This document shows, piece after piece, positions 14,501 through 31,454 of a DNA stretch of 64,000 bases. Made by a program: the position numbers and the translations under genes. The stretch is taken from the NCBI RefSeq assembly GCF_009914755.1, contig NC_060933.1. One strand, written 5' to 3'. Source of the stretch: the human T2T-CHM13v2.0 reference genome, Homo sapiens. Position 1 is the stretch's first letter. The number at the start of each line of letters is the position of its first letter. The notes under the pieces are model-generated. The model was not told the DNA's origin, ran no database searches, and worked only from the letters and a program-made list of their open reading frames with translations.

Positions 14501-17500
14501 GGCACCAGCCAGTGGGAGGGGCAGGGAGGGAGGGCAGCCAGAGGGCAAAGGGGTGGCATCCCCCTCAAGCCCCCTCCGCTACCAGGTACTGGGACCCACC
14601 ACCTGGCAAGGACCACGCCGGGCAGGAGGAGACCAGGAGGCGACAGTCAGGTGAGAGCCCGGGGTGACCCCTCCCTGTGGGAGAATGTGCAGTTCCCAGA
14701 GTCCCAGTGGGGAGGGAGGGCTGAGACGGGCTCAGTGCCTCAGGTCCCCGTCCACAGCACATTCACACCATGTCATCCCCTCTGGGGCCGAGGGCTGGTC
14801 CCGTCTGCAGACACCTTCCCTCCAAGCACAGTGGGTGGACAGGCTAGAGCCACAGCCAGGGCCTGGCTCTGCCACCCTCAGTGTCTCAACTGTCCAGACA
14901 GAGAAGCTGAAGAAACCAGAAGGCGTCTGTGCAAGAGAGCCCCACACAGACACTGGAAAGAACCAGGGCAACCTGCAGACCAACTCGAAAGACCTCCCCT
15001 AGGGCGACGGAAATGAGATGAGGCAAACAGCTTCCCGACCAGAGCCCATGCACCTTCCACGTCTGTGCAGGGAGCTCGGGGCCACATCCCGAGATGGGAA
15101 AGACAACTGAGGCTTCCACAAAGAAATTACAATGAAACAGACACTGGCCAGGCCAGCTGAAAATCAGTGATGGACTACGGTCCAAATCAACGTGGAGGTT
15201 CCAACAAGAGAAGGACGGTGGTGGGGTCACCCTACCCCAGCCTGCGAGTGCCCCAGAGGGTGCACAAGCAGGACAGCCACCCTGTTGCAGAGTGTGGTGC
15301 TTTCACACCATGTTCACCCCACCTCAGCCCTCTGGCCCAGACGTCGGTGGCTCCTCTGCCAGGTGAGGTGAGGTGAGGTGAGGTGGGAGCAGACAGTGGA
15401 GAAACACCACAAACAGCACAGGTGGTCGGCCAGGGCCACGAGCCCTTCAGCTCACCGATGCCGAGACCCCACAATCCCCACAACAAACCTGCAAGGTCAG
15501 AATAATTGCGCACGTGTACGGACGACTAAGCTGAGGCCCCTTCCTCCTTCACCTCCGGAATGCCACCTGAGCGCAAAGGCTTTGGGACACAAAGCACTCA
15601 GCAGTCGGCAGTGGAGGCACAGCCCAGGATCAAGACCCTGGGCTTCCTGTCCCAGGCTCCTCAACCTGCAGGCGGCCACACAGCAAGAAGACCCTGGGAA
15701 GTTAAAGAACGAGGCGCTCCTGCTTCCCCCACCCTCAACGGCCAGCAAGGACACAAAGGCAGCCCAGGGCAGGGCCAGCCGCCAGCCACAAGGCCCCTCC
15801 AGAACCCAAGGTCCAGTGGAGACTCTGAAAGGGCTGATTGCAGGGCCCCCACGGGGTCCACACACCAGACACAGAGGCCCATGCAGAAAGGCGGTAAGGG
15901 GCCCCCCTGGGGTCTGCACACCCGACACAGAGGCCCTGCGAGAGGGAGGCATGGAGCGCCCGCGGTGTCGGCACACCAGGATTCACAGCCCGGCTCTCCA
16001 CCCCCAGCTGACCTCGCTGTGAAGAGATGGTTTGTGCTGAGAGCTTAGCAAGGCCGTCGTCTACCGAGTGCTTCCCACCACAGCCCATGCGCAGGCATGA
16101 GAGTCATGCCTCCCGCAGGCCACAGCTTCACTCATGCAAGGACATTCTGGGGGCCGGGACGTCCTAGCCAGTGGCTAGAACTGGGTGTGACCATGGGCCC
16201 CCTTGGCTGGGGAGAAAAGGAGGTGCCCCTAGATCCCAAGTCCCCTGGGGCCGCAGCAAAGGGAGGAGGACCTTGCATCACTCCAGGGTGCCACGTGGAC
16301 GAACAGAGGTAACATTGGGAGTGTGGCTGGCAGTGTTGGACATTCAGAACATGTCTGCCCAAAACAAACATGGCCTTCGCTTCTCCCAGCTCCCAGAAAC
16401 AAAGTAAACAGAAGGATCACGTCTGGACACCAGGGACCAGCCCCTGTTACATCCCTGTCCCCCCCAGGCCAGAGCCTGACCACTCCGTGTCACCTGCCTC
16501 TACTCCTGTAGTGACTGTCAACTTTTTGGATTTCAGAAAGCCAAACCAGCAAGGGAAGCCTTTTCCCGGGGGGTAGAGGTGTCTCTCCTACACACACCCC
16601 TACCCCAGGGTCTGAGATGACATCCCAAATCAAACCCGGTATTCTGCAGAGATACACAAAGGTTCAAACTACAGACAGCCTTGTATCAGCTGTAAAGGGG
16701 GGCCAGATTTTGCTGCAAAAGAAAAAACCCAGTATCCCCTCGCTCAGCCCACTGTGTCACCAAGAGGGAGGGTGGGCGGCTGGCCGAAGAGGGCTCCATT
16801 TTATAGTCCAGGAAGGGGTGGCCTGGGCCCCACAGCTGGTGGGGCAGTGGCACTGGATCTGAAGCAAAGCTGGGCACTGGAGGCTGTGCCTTGGGCCGGT
16901 GTGCTGGCAGCGCCTGCTGGAGGAGCCAAGGGGCACTGATTCAACACTGACTGTATTTCCGGAACCAGAGTTAGTATTGGGGGTATGGTGGCGTTGTGGT
17001 TACAATCTTTCAAAAGTCCTCATCTTTCAGAGATTTGGACTGAAAGTTCTATGAATGAAATGTGTCTGGAATCTGCTTCATGATAATGTGGGGGGTGAAA
17101 ATGAGTGGGGTCTGGAAGAAACGGGCCAGCCCAGAGCTGCCCCCGCCCGCGGAAGCTGCTCAGAGGGAAGAGGGTGCACCTCCCTTCTCCCCGGGCCCCC
17201 AGCACCCCGTTCCTCAACACACACTCTGCATCCTGCGTCCTCACAGCAACTGTGGGGTCCAGGGTTCTGCCTTGCACCCACTCTCCACCTTCATGCGATG
17301 GGGAATAAGCAGACGGGACTCCTGTGAGGAAGTGGGGCAGGGGTGGGGCAGATGGACTCAGGTGGAGTGACTCGGGCTGGAGGAAGGCAGCGGTGCCAGA
17401 GACCCCAGTGCCTTAAAGTCTAGACACGAGACACACAAAACCTTCGTGCCGCAATCCCTCCTTCACCCCTCGCAGCTGCCCTGCGGGAATGTGCAGCAGA

Positions 17501-18249
17501 AGGGGGTGTGGTCTCCTGGGGGTAAACCCTTGCTCCTTTTCTTGGGGAACAGGGGGGCCCCACACCACAGGGACCCTGGACACTGGAGGGGCTGGAAGCC
17601 TGTCTGCTAAAATGTGAACCGAGAAGGGTCTGTGAGCATGTACAGTGCAGGAAGAACTCATTTCACCACTCAGCCCTCCAGTGGTGAAGGGGCTCCCACA
17701 CAGCCTGCTGGCAGCCACCTCGCTCCAGGGGGCTCTTTGCTGTGCGGGCAAGGCCCCCTCAGGAAGGCAGCCTGGCCATCAGCAGCCTGTCGCAGCAGCA
17801 GCAGCAGCCTTGTCCTCAGCAAACGCACTCCATCCCTGGGACCATGGCAGGGAAGCGGTGGGTCCTTGGGGGACAGGCCTGGGGAGCCAGATGTGCCACT
17901 GCTGCTCTCCCCTGGGCACTGCAGGACAGGGATGGAGCTCTGTCTCCCAGAGGAGGGGGCGGAGGCTCAGAGACCCTCCCTGGGGTCCACCTCCCCGGGT
18001 CTCCCACTCAGCTGCCCACAAAGCCCATGCTAGAGAGCCCACAGGCACTGCCTGCCGGGCCCAGCAGAGACAGAGGCAGAGGCCACCCTTGCCAGTCGGG
18101 TAAAAGTCGGAGTGAGCAGGCAGCCTGCCTTAGACACAAGAGGATCCGAAACTGCCCAGAGAGGAAACTCAGACAAACCACAAAAGTCCTCGAACGCCAA
18201 GCGAAAACCCAGCAGTGAGTGGGTCTGGTGAAATCCTCAAGAAAGACCC

Positions 18250-18522
18250 AGGCCATGCGCAGTGACTCAGGCCTGTGACCCCAGCACCTTGGGAGGGGCA
18301 GGAGAATCCCCTGAAACCAGGAGTTCGAGACCAGCCTGGGCAACATAGTAAGGCCCTGATTCTACGAAAATTTAAAAAAATTAGCCAGGCCTGGTGGTGC
18401 ACCTAGAATCCCAGCTATTCAGGAGGCTGAGGTGGGAGGATCACTTGAGCCTGGGAGTTTGAGGATACAGTCAGCTGTGATCGCACTGCTGCACTCCAGC
18501 CTGGATGTCAGAGCAAGACCCT

Positions 18523-18559
<37 letters not shown>
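18250..18559 (+). mobile_element. AluJ-like element with a (CA)n tail
   Basis: Diverged Alu consensus; (CA)n at ~18523-18559. Confidence 0.85.
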
Positions 18560-18561
<2 letters not shown>

Positions 18562-21500
18562 TCTGGAATGCCATGGAGATTTCCAAAGTAGCCAGCGGGG
18601 AGAGGGCAGTGGCCAGGCTCCCCTAACACTGACTAGCCCCCTTCCTGGGTCCCACTCATGCCCCATCCAAGAGAGGCTCTGTGCTGGACATGGAAGGAAT
18701 GTTGGTGAGGTGGCCCGAATCCTACCTATCCTCACCCTTGCTGTGTGGCCCCAGGCAGGCCCACCTCTGGCCCTGAAGCTGTGGGTGGCCCCCTGAACCC
18801 TTCCCAAGGTCCCTGGACTCTGCCTTCCTCTCCATAGGGCACAGGAGGACCTGAATGAAAAGCAGAAATTCAGCCCCCTTTAGGCTGGCCCAGCCCAGAA
18901 TTCATCAGAAAAGATGCTGAGTCCAGGGCTGTTTCAGGGCTGTGGACAAACAGGGAGGGAATGGGAATCTGTCCAGTTGCCACCAAAGAAAACACCCAGA
19001 AATGCCAGTAGCAGTCTCCCTGACCCCTCCTGCCATTCCATGGCCCTCTTGGGGAGCAGAGACCCAGAGGGGCAGGAGCAGGCATGTCGCCTGGGCAGCA
19101 CAGCAGCCTAGCCTTCAGGCACTCCACAGAGGGAGGACAGAGGGGTGCTGCCTCCAATGCCACACCCTGGGGCAAACCAGCCAAGGGGCAGCGGCTGGAC
19201 CATGGGGGCATCTCCAGCCTGGCCTGGGCCCAGAGCAAAAAGTCCTTATTTGGGGTCCAGGGATGGGGAGTCCCAGCTTTCAGCAAACAGGCAGGGTTGG
19301 GAGGACAGCTTACCAAGGCCATTCCAGCTATAGCATGAGTCTGGAGGAGCAGTGGCAGGGAGGGGCAGGGCTACATAGCTCTGCAGGGGCTCAACCAGAC
19401 CTGCCAGCTAAAGGGTGGGAGACAGGAGCACTGGAACCAAGGGTGGGGGTGCTGGAGGAAGCTAGGGGAGGCCTTTCCCAGGGGCTCCCCATTCCCCATG
19501 GGTCTCCAGCCCTGGAATTTCCATAGCTCTGGGCCTCTGTACCTGTGTCCCTGACTGGATGGCCCCCACTGGGGCACTCCAGCCCGTCTCCTGGACTCTG
19601 TCCTGCGTCAGTGGGGGTCAGATGAGCCCCATCTTCCATAAGTGGAGGGGACGCTCAGAGGTGAAGGGGCACAACGTCGCCCAGGCAGAGAAGGCCAGAG
19701 CCAGCTTGAACAAAGCTGGACATCCATGCCAGACTCACCGCCAACACCCCACAGCCCCAGAATTCTCGGGATAATGCTGGGAGCAGTGCTGTGATCGGCT
19801 GTGGCAGGAGGGAGCTGAGTCTGTGAGAAGGGATCCCAGCCTGCTGCCCCCACAGCCCCATCTAACCCGGCCAACCTAGCACCTGTCCCCAGGCGGCCAG
19901 AGGGGCCTCCCCAGCCCACGTGGTGACCAGCGGCCACCCTCCAGGACTCGGGAAACTGGATCTGTCAGGGCAGGGCTGCCTTCAGTGACAGACGGAGCCA
20001 ACTGCTTCCTTCTATGGAGCCAGGGGAGAAGTCGGGGGTTGGGGGCCCCCTGTAGCCCTGGAGGAGCCCTGGGGAGGGCAGCTGGGCATCGTGGGCCCCA
20101 CCCAAGCAGGCACGGCCAGCCCTGGCGCCTACTCCCCAGGGGAATCTGCCCAGTGCTGTGAGCCCCCCATGCACAGCGCACCTGCTCTCCTGCAGCTGCC
20201 TGGCCGCCTGGAGGGCCCGGCTCTACAGGCCCAGCCCTGTCCCGGGGCGCTTCAGCAGACTGGTGGGGCTATCCTGGGGCATGGCCCCAGACACGCTGGG
20301 CAGGTGCAGCTGCCAGCGCTGCCTCTCCCGTGACTGTCCCCTGCACCCCACAGTTCTCCCCACTCTGCACCCACCAGTGCCTTCTAGACCTAAGACCTCA
20401 TATGCCTCCTGCTTTCTGAACCCAGGGCCTGTGCTTCTCCATGGCCCCACGGCCCTGGGTGAGCGGCCTCTCTGAAGGTTTCCCTTCCTGCCATGACGCC
20501 CCCACAGCCTTCTGGCCACAACCCGTCACCTCTTCCAAGCTCCGTCCCTACCCGCCTCTCTACCCACTCCTCGAATAGAGAGGACTCAAAGGACGCTCTA
20601 CCCCCGTGGGACCCTCATGAGGCGCGTGAGGAGGCCCGACCCTCCACACATGCTGGGAACGAGGAAGTTGGCCCCACAGACACTGGTCAGGCCCTCCCAA
20701 CCCCAGGCCACCGCCACGTAGTCAGGGTCTCCCACGGGTCTGGGAAGGGCAGGAGAGCCACGACTCAGGCAGGGGACTCTCTTCAGAGGGGCAGTGAGTG
20801 AGGACAGCACCTGGCCCTTTAGAGGGAAGGAGACACCGTGCTCTTAGAGGGACACAGCCTCAGGGTCAGGCCCTGGTGCTCCGCACTTCCTAAAACAAAG
20901 CTGCGGCAGGCCCACCTAGCATCCATCTGTCTGCTCCATCTCCTCTCAGCCGGCCTGACAAGAACCAAACTCACAAAACACCCCGGCCCCAGGAGACAGG
21001 CCTGGCCTCACTGCTGTCCCACTCAGCCATGCCGAGCCAGGACAAGGGGCCAGCAGGGCCGCAGCTCTCAGACCATCCCCTTGGTTATTTCGTCTATGTT
21101 CTCTGCTCACCCCCAACCACAAATGCCGAGGACTGCAGGACGCCCCCAGGCCTGTTGCCGGGACAGACCGGAGGCAGAGCTAAGAGCAAAGCGTGGGCAT
21201 GCAGCACATCTGTCTGTGAGTCCACAGCCCACGGAGCCACCGTGCTTGACCCTTGCCTCCTACCCAGCCCCTGGTACCAGCGAGGGCCTGGTCAGCATAC
21301 CCAGGGCTCTGTCCTGTGGTGTGGGCAGATGGGGGCGGGTGGCACCCTGGACCCGCAGGCTCACACAGCTGCCCCTTTGCACATTTTGCTCCTTGTGGGA
21401 TTGTCAGGCCAAGGCTCCAGTGACGCATGGCACAGGGAGGGCATCCTCTCAGCCGCTTATAGTAGATTCTTCCTTCTGCCACATGACAGGTTATAGCTAC

Positions 21501-22183
21501 AATACTCAGCACTCCTGCAGGGGCCGGGCACCTCACACAGATGCATCTGTGCCTCATCTCGGTCAGTGCTCACACGGAGGCTAAGGCCGTCCCGCCCCAG
21601 AGTCCCACAGCTCCCAGGTACCGACTCTTAGTCCCAGGTCCTCACAGGTGCACTGAGGGCACTCCCTCTGCCCCAGACTCCAGGCCTGGCCAGCAGCCGC
21701 CTCTGCAGATCACACCCGAGTCCACTGGGTGCTTTGCAAAATGCTGCAGCTGGTTATCAAGCCACACTCAGAAAGATCCAGCCGGCGACTCCTGAACATC
21801 ACTGCACCCTCAGCGGGACACTTTTCCAAGTGGCTGGAAAAGTTGTCTCCCACAATACCGGATTAACTTCTGACGAACTCAGTACCTTGGGGGCCTGCGG
21901 CAAGGAGGGGGGCGGGGGCATGTTCCACGCCCCATCTTCCCAACACCAGGCTCCGAAGGCCCTGTGAGGAGGCAGCCTGCGAACTGACTCTCAGGGAACA
22001 GCCACAGACTGGTGCGAGACGCAGACAGCCAACAGCACGGACACAACAGGGTCCGAGCCTCCAGCCACACGCACAGGTCCTGGCTCCACTGCGAGCTCAA
22101 TCAGGAGTGGCCAGAAGACTTACAATTTAAACCACCAACAGGTGAATGGCCCAAAGTGACACTTTCTCTTTAAAAGAGCTCTC

Positions 22184-23420
<1,237 letters not shown>

Positions 23421-24799
23421 TCAGTTATACTTTGATGACCGGTCAAGGAAGCAAGAGGAGGATCCTCTGACCAACTGCGTTAACTGCTTTGAAAACCAAG
23501 AGACCCGCAGCACGACTTCAGGCATGCCCCCACCTCCCAGGCAGCAACGCTGGGAAGAGTAGGCCCCGGTTCCCCATACCCCGCCCCGGTACCGTGTGTA
23601 TCCACAGCAAAACATGGCTCTTCCCATCGACAACTGGGCATAGCTGTTGGTTTTGTGCCAATCACCCCACTTGGGAAACCCTGAGCCACCATGCCTCAGG
23701 GAAAGTGGTGGCACTTCCTGGTGGCACCAGGAATCGCACAAGGCCATCACTGCCGCCTGGTGCACAGGGCTCCCGCGGCTGGCATCTCCAGAGCCTGGAG
23801 GAAGAGGGTAGAGGAAGGTAGCACCGGCTGCAGCAGGCCTGGCTGCTTCGCTCTGCACACCCCCACTTTCACTTTCTGGGTATGACTACTTCGGAGTGTA
23901 GGGCAGGCACTGTTTGCAAGTCCCGTCCTTCATTCAAAGCTCACTCACTTCCGAAGCAGGCGCGAGCTGTTGTCAAAGGAAAGTAATTACTCTACTTTCT
24001 AAAAACAAAACAAAAATAAAAATGGAGTGACTGCCCACTCGGAGAAAGCTTTTGAAATCCCTCCTCCCCGGATGTCCCAACGGCAGGGCTCAGGCTGGAG
24101 CTGCTCCCACAGTCTTTCCAGGCACCCGGTGCCCTGCTGAGGCACCGGGCCTCTGAGGCTACCCGGAAGGTCAGAAAGAAATGCCCCTCGCTCGCCTGCA
24201 GCCCGTCCTGTTACAGCGTGTGCCTTATCTTTCATGATCAGTAACCACCAGCACCCATCAAGGCCTCAACAGAGAAAACGGCAAACACAGACCTTTATTT
24301 GCAAATGAGAGGCTGCATCAGGGCTGCCAGGGAAGAACCCGGAGGGAGGGCTCCCTAACCCCCGAGGCCAGCCCCTTGCAGGGGTTCAGACCTTCCTTAG
24401 ACCCCGTTGGAAGCCAGTAACAAACTACTTTCCCCAGAAAAATGCCATACAACTTTGCATAGATTCCAGGATCTCCCCAGGCATACTACATGGACCCAGG
24501 AAAAAAAAAAAACCCTCCATTTTAAAGAAAAGAGTAAGGGGAAAAGCCTACAAAAGAGCAGGGTAAAAAGAAAACTCTTTTCCTCTTCTGTTCCTTCTCA
24601 CAGGGTAGGGCGGGGGAGGACGGGACACACGAAGCTGCCTCTTGCAGTTCCAGCCCAATTACTCTGCCCACCAATGCACTACAGTCTCCCCTCCTGGTTA
24701 ACTTTTGCAGACAATGACCAAGTTTAATGTAAGGGGGAGAAATCCCAGTATCTATTTCTGAGCAGAAAGCTTTCAACCAAAATTAAAGATCGCAACCAC

Positions 24800-26720
24800 T
24801 CAAGGATTGGGTCGAACGGAGGAACCCACACGATGGACGCCGGGTCCCTGCCCCCGGTGGGTCTCGGCGGGCCGAGTTCTCGCCCTCCAGGGAAAGGAGG
24901 CCGCGCGAAGCCCCCATCCCGGCCCTGCCCCCGAACGAGCAACCGGTGGAATAAGACTTCCCGCACGCCCCAGCTTTATTCACAGAGAGCCCACCAGGGC
25001 CATGTGGGTGTACACGGTTCGGGGTGCGCATTTCTCCCCGGATGGGCTTGTATCACGTTGTCACTCCGGCGCCCCCCAAAAGTGGGAAGGAGGGGAAGCA
25101 CCCCCGTCCCTCCCGCTCCAACTCGCCCTCGCCCGGATTAAGCGATTTTCAGGCTGATTTCAAAACGGGAACTGGGTCTCCCCCTGGTTTGGGTGCAATA
25201 ATCCGGCAACTCAGGGGGGCTCAAAGTCAGCTCTGGGCCCGTAACTCTGGGAGGAGGCCGCGCAGAGCCCAGGGCCGAGCCCGGCCTTGCCCCCCGCCCC
25301 GGCCGCGGCGCGCGGCGACGGTCCCCAGGCGCGGGCCCCAGCAACGGCTCGGGAGCGAGGCCGGCGGAACAGGCGCGGGGAAAGTGGCCCCGCGGAGCGC
25401 ACGGCCGCAGGCCGGGGCCGCCGCGCGCACCTTCCCCCTCCGCGTCCTCCCTGGGTTCCCCCTTCGAAAGATGGCGGGCGGAGGAAAGGGGGAAAAAAAT
25501 CCCTTCCGTGAGGGAGGGCGCGCGGAGGCCGGGCTGGCGCGGGGCGCGCGGGCCGCGCCAACTCCGGGCTGCGCGCCCCGGCCGCAGCGACGCCCCGAGT
25601 CCGGGACGGAGGCGGCCAAGCGGGAGCGGGAGGAGGGGAGCGGAGCCCGCGCCACCGCCGCCGCCACCGCCGCCGCGACCCCGGGCGGCCGCCGCGCTTT
25701 GTTGCATCGTGGCCGCGCACAAAGGCGGCGGCGGCGGCGGCGGCCCCGGGCGCCCGGTTCACCCGGACGCGCCGGCGGACTGCGCGGGGCGCTCGGGGCC
25801 GCGCTCCCCGGCCCAGCCCGGCCCGCCGCCGCCCGCGCCGCCCGCCGCCCCGCGCGCGCAAGGAAGCAAGAGAAAGGCGTACTTGGCCTCGCGGCTCCGG
25901 CGGCCGTCCCCTCCCGGCCCGCGCGGCCGGCTCCTCTTTGGCTCGCCGGCCCCGGCAGCATAATAGACGCGCCGGAGCCGAGCAGGGCTCATGCGCTGCG
26001 CCGCGGCGCCTGGCGGGAGTCGTAGTCCGCGGCCGGGCCCGCGCCGGGGCCGCCCAGGGGAGGCCGCGGGCGCGCGGACTACATGTCCCGGCCCCGCCGG
26101 CGCCGCGCCCCGCCCCGCGCGCCCCCGCCCGCCCCGCCGACCCGGCCGAGAGCGGGCCTGGCCCGGGGGGCGCGCGGGGGCGGGGCTCGGCGCCCGCCCG
26201 GCAGGGCAACAACGCTGGGACCCCGTGGGCCGTTCCCCGCCCGGGCCCGCACGGCTCTCCTCACCCCGTGTCGGGGACAGCGCCTGGCGGCGGATTTTCC
26301 GGTGCCCCAGGACGGCATGGAAGAAGCGGGCACGCAGCCAGCACCGCAGCCCCCGTCCGGGCACCCCGAGGCCCGCGGGAGCCACCCTCGAACCCCGGCC
26401 GCGCACGGGCGGGGCGGCGCGCACCTGCCGGGAGCCCGTGTTTGTAAACAAACCGCGCGCCTAATTAGCCTGGCGGGAGCGCGCGCGCGGGGCGGGGGGC
26501 GGGGCGTCGGTGCGCGCGGGCAGGTCGGCCCCGCCCGGGGAGGAGCCGCGCTCTGCCGCGCCCTCCGTGTCACCATCTCCCCCACCCGACTTGCTGGGGC
26601 GCGGGCGCCCAAGTTCGCTGTTGCTGGAGAGGGCGCCAAGTCCCCAGAGCTGGCGAAGAGTTAGGGGTGCTCCCAGCTCTGCCTGGGGACCTTCTCGCCC
26701 CAAGCCCCGGTTTCCCCATC
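24800..26720. promoter_or_regulatory. CpG island / BRD3 promoter
   Basis: Very high GC with undepleted CpG, many GC boxes, a YY1-like AAGATGGCGG at 25468-25477, and two ACTACnnnTCCC motifs at 26015-26026 (-) and 26078-26089 (+). Confidence 0.93.
25883..25965 (-). other. BRD3: BRD3 non-coding exon 1 (5' end approximate)
   Basis: Donor GGCCAA|gtacgc at 25883/25882 inside the CpG island, followed by intron sequence. The exact TSS cannot be read from sequence. Confidence 0.75.
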
Positions 26721-26854
26721 TGCCCAGTGAGGGGCGGGAACTAGATACCAGGTTCCCAGCCTGAGATTCCGGGAGAGGGCCACCCCTGGCCCTTTTTCTG
26801 TATCTTGAAAGGTTCAGCCCGTGGACACGTTTTGCATCTTGTTTTGGGTGATGA

Positions 26855-27233
<379 letters not shown>

Positions 27234-29089
27234 CATAAATCAATTTTAATCCAGCTGTAACTTAAGGTGGTTACACGTTGTGTACATTAGACCCCAATAA
27301 AAACGTCAAAAACAAAACGAGGTTCCTTGGTGCCTGCTGAACCTGCCAACTGCAAGGTCGAGTTTCCTTGTGTGGGCTGCACCCACCCCAAGCCCCTGGG
27401 GTCCCCAGGTGTGTTCCAAGTTGAGCAGCAGCTCCACTGCCTGAAATGCACACATCTATGCAATATTCACAAAGTGAGTGCCAGCACAGAGACAATTCAT
27501 CCCCATGCTCACCCAGAAGGCAGGTGTTCTGTTCCAGGCTGACAGGTAAGGAAACAGGCTCAGTGAGGCAAAGGGTCCTGCCCAAGGTCACAGAGCCAAT
27601 TTGCAGGACGGCTGAGACCCAAAGCCCCGGGGTCTTAGGAAGAGTTTGCAGGGGAAGCCAACACCTTTCCCAATCCTGTCCCTCTGTTTCTGCTGGGAGC
27701 CCAGGACCTTCTCACACTCCAGGGCAAGGCTCTAGGACGAGGTTCCAGCCTTGCCTTTCTAGTTGGCAAAATGGACAAAGTGCAGTCCTCAGGCGCAGGA
27801 AGGTCGGGGAGGGGGAATATGAGAGGTGAGGATCTGCAGGCAGTTCCCTTAGAACTACCATCCTGGTTGTGTCCCCAAACCCCCGGTGCAGTTCCTCAAC
27901 CTACAGGCTTCTGTGTTAGCCACCTTGGAGGCTGCAACCCATTCCTGCTGTCTGCATCTCATCTCCTTGGGTATCTTGAGCACTCTGACCACCAGGATGG
28001 CCACCTCACCACTTACACAGACCCCACTGCACTCCTCCCAAGGCTAGAACAAAAAGCCTTTCCGCCTGGTCTTGACCTCAAGGAACCCAGGTACATGCAC
28101 ACAGCAGGCTGCCCTGACCAGCCAGCGTGTCTGAGGCTGCTGACCAAATGCCCCCAACCCTTATGGGCCTCCCACTGCCCTAAGGTGACCCCCAGGAGTA
28201 TGGCAGGAACCCAGGCGCTCCCTGGGCACTGGCTCTGATGGAAGCACCAAGGTCCCCTTCTTTCCCTTCCCGCTGCTCACCCACACATGAGTGGCCCGGA
28301 TGGCTCCATGGAGCCAACTTTCCCGAGGCTGGAGAAGTCTCTAGGAAGCAGAATCTGTAAGGGAACAGGACAGAAACTCTCATTTGAGCATCTCAGCCCC
28401 TGTGCTACTATCTCTGAAGACTAGTTTAGGGGCCACAGTGGCAAACAGCTGAAAGCCAGCAGGGCTGCCATTGAGAAGGGATTTGGGGTGGCTCTGCAGT
28501 CCCCTCCAGCCCCTAGCAGCCCATCATCCTCTCCCTTCCTGCTCAGGCTCTTGGAATTTTAACCTCTGGTACTGCTGAATTTCCCAAGTGAAGCCACTTA
28601 ATCTCCCCGACCCAGGTTTCCTCCCCTGTCACAGGAGGATAAAAATAGAACCTGATCCCGCAGCTCTGGTAAGGGAGGGGGGCATGTGCAAAGGTTGGGG
28701 CTGTGATCAGGAGCAGGCTGCTGCCTTTGCCTCCTTGGCCATCACTCACCTCTCTACCTTCACGTTTTACTTCCTGAGCCTCCTTGTGGGCTGTCTCACG
28801 GCTCCATGAGAGCAGAGCACTTTGTCCATGAGGTATCCCTAAACATCCTTCAACAGTATCTGGCACCTAGTGGGTGCTCAATACATAGTTGTTGAATGAA
28901 TAAATGTTCTCTTCTGCACCTCTGTCCTGCCCTCCAGCCTCCATCTGCAAACCTCAGTGTAGCCCAAGCTCTACCAGTGAAGCAGCCACCTGCTCACATC
29001 TAAAGGAGGACCCAGAGCCAGGCTCCAGCCAGTACAGGAGCCAGGGCCTCAGCTGCCTCCTCCTCCTTCACCCACAATGCCCCTTAAGG

Positions 29090-29427
29090 CAGCAGTCCCC
29101 AGCCTTTTTGGCAACAGGGACCAGTTTCATGGAAGACAATTTTTCCACGGATGAGTGGGGGCAGATAATGGTTTTGGCATGAAACTGTTCCGCCTCAGAT
29201 CATCAGGCATTAGATTCTCATAAGGAGCTCACAACCTAGATCCCTCACGTGCGCAGTTCAGAGTACGGTTTGCGCTCCTGTGAGAATCTGATGCAGCTGC
29301 TGATCTGACAGGAGCCGGAGCGCAGGCGGGAATGCTGGCTCACAAGTACTCACCTCCTGCTGTGTGGCCCCGTTCCTAACAGGCCACGGACCAGTAACAG
29401 TCCAAGGCCCAGGGGTTGGGAATCCTG
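29090..29427. mobile_element. MER1B (hAT-Charlie MITE), apparently full length
   Basis: 338 bp with termini cagcagtcccc...gggaatcctg and a perfect 8-bp TSD ccttaagg (29082-29089, 29428-29435). Confidence 0.85.
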
Positions 29428-29913
29428 CCTTAAGGCGCAGAGCAGTTACATCATGGCACTGAAGTTTATACATCAGTTTCTTGAAAGTTTCATTATCATG
29501 TGTCTTTCCCCAGGACTGACCAGCTCTCAGCACAACTTTTTAAGAAAATGAATTTCTGTCTCCACCAAGCAGAGGCTGGGCTACAGAGAACTCTGGAGGG
29601 TGGAGGAGCAGAGGTTTTTAATTATACAATAATTTAGTGCCTACTATGTGCCAGGCCCTGTGTCAAGAGCCTTATGTACACCATTTTACTGAATCCTGGA
29701 ACAGTTCTATGACGTAGGGATGATTATGTCTACTTTACAGGTGAAAATGGAGGCAAAGTTAGGTTAAATTACTAGCCTGAGCCATGAACCCAAATGTGGG
29801 TTCATATTTCATTTACAAAATATATTCCAGAAGACTGCACCTTGGTAGGGGAAGGTGAGGCATTTAACTTGAGGAAGCAAATGCCCAGATCTAAGTTCAT
29901 TAAACTTCTCTTA

Positions 29914-31454
<1,541 letters not shown>

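Noticed and set aside
15361-15386. (AGGTG)5 run resembling stacked splice donors
   Set aside because: It is on the strand opposite BRD3 and is most simply a short pentanucleotide repeat.
11656-22100. Numerous 60-250 aa ORFs in intron 1
   Set aside because: GC-rich background ORFs, often with non-ATG starts, with no motifs or exon structure I can support.
24783-26764. Many long overlapping Arg/Pro/Gly/Ala ORFs (up to 333 aa)
   Set aside because: Expected stop-codon scarcity in a CpG island; present in all frames with no recognisable domain.
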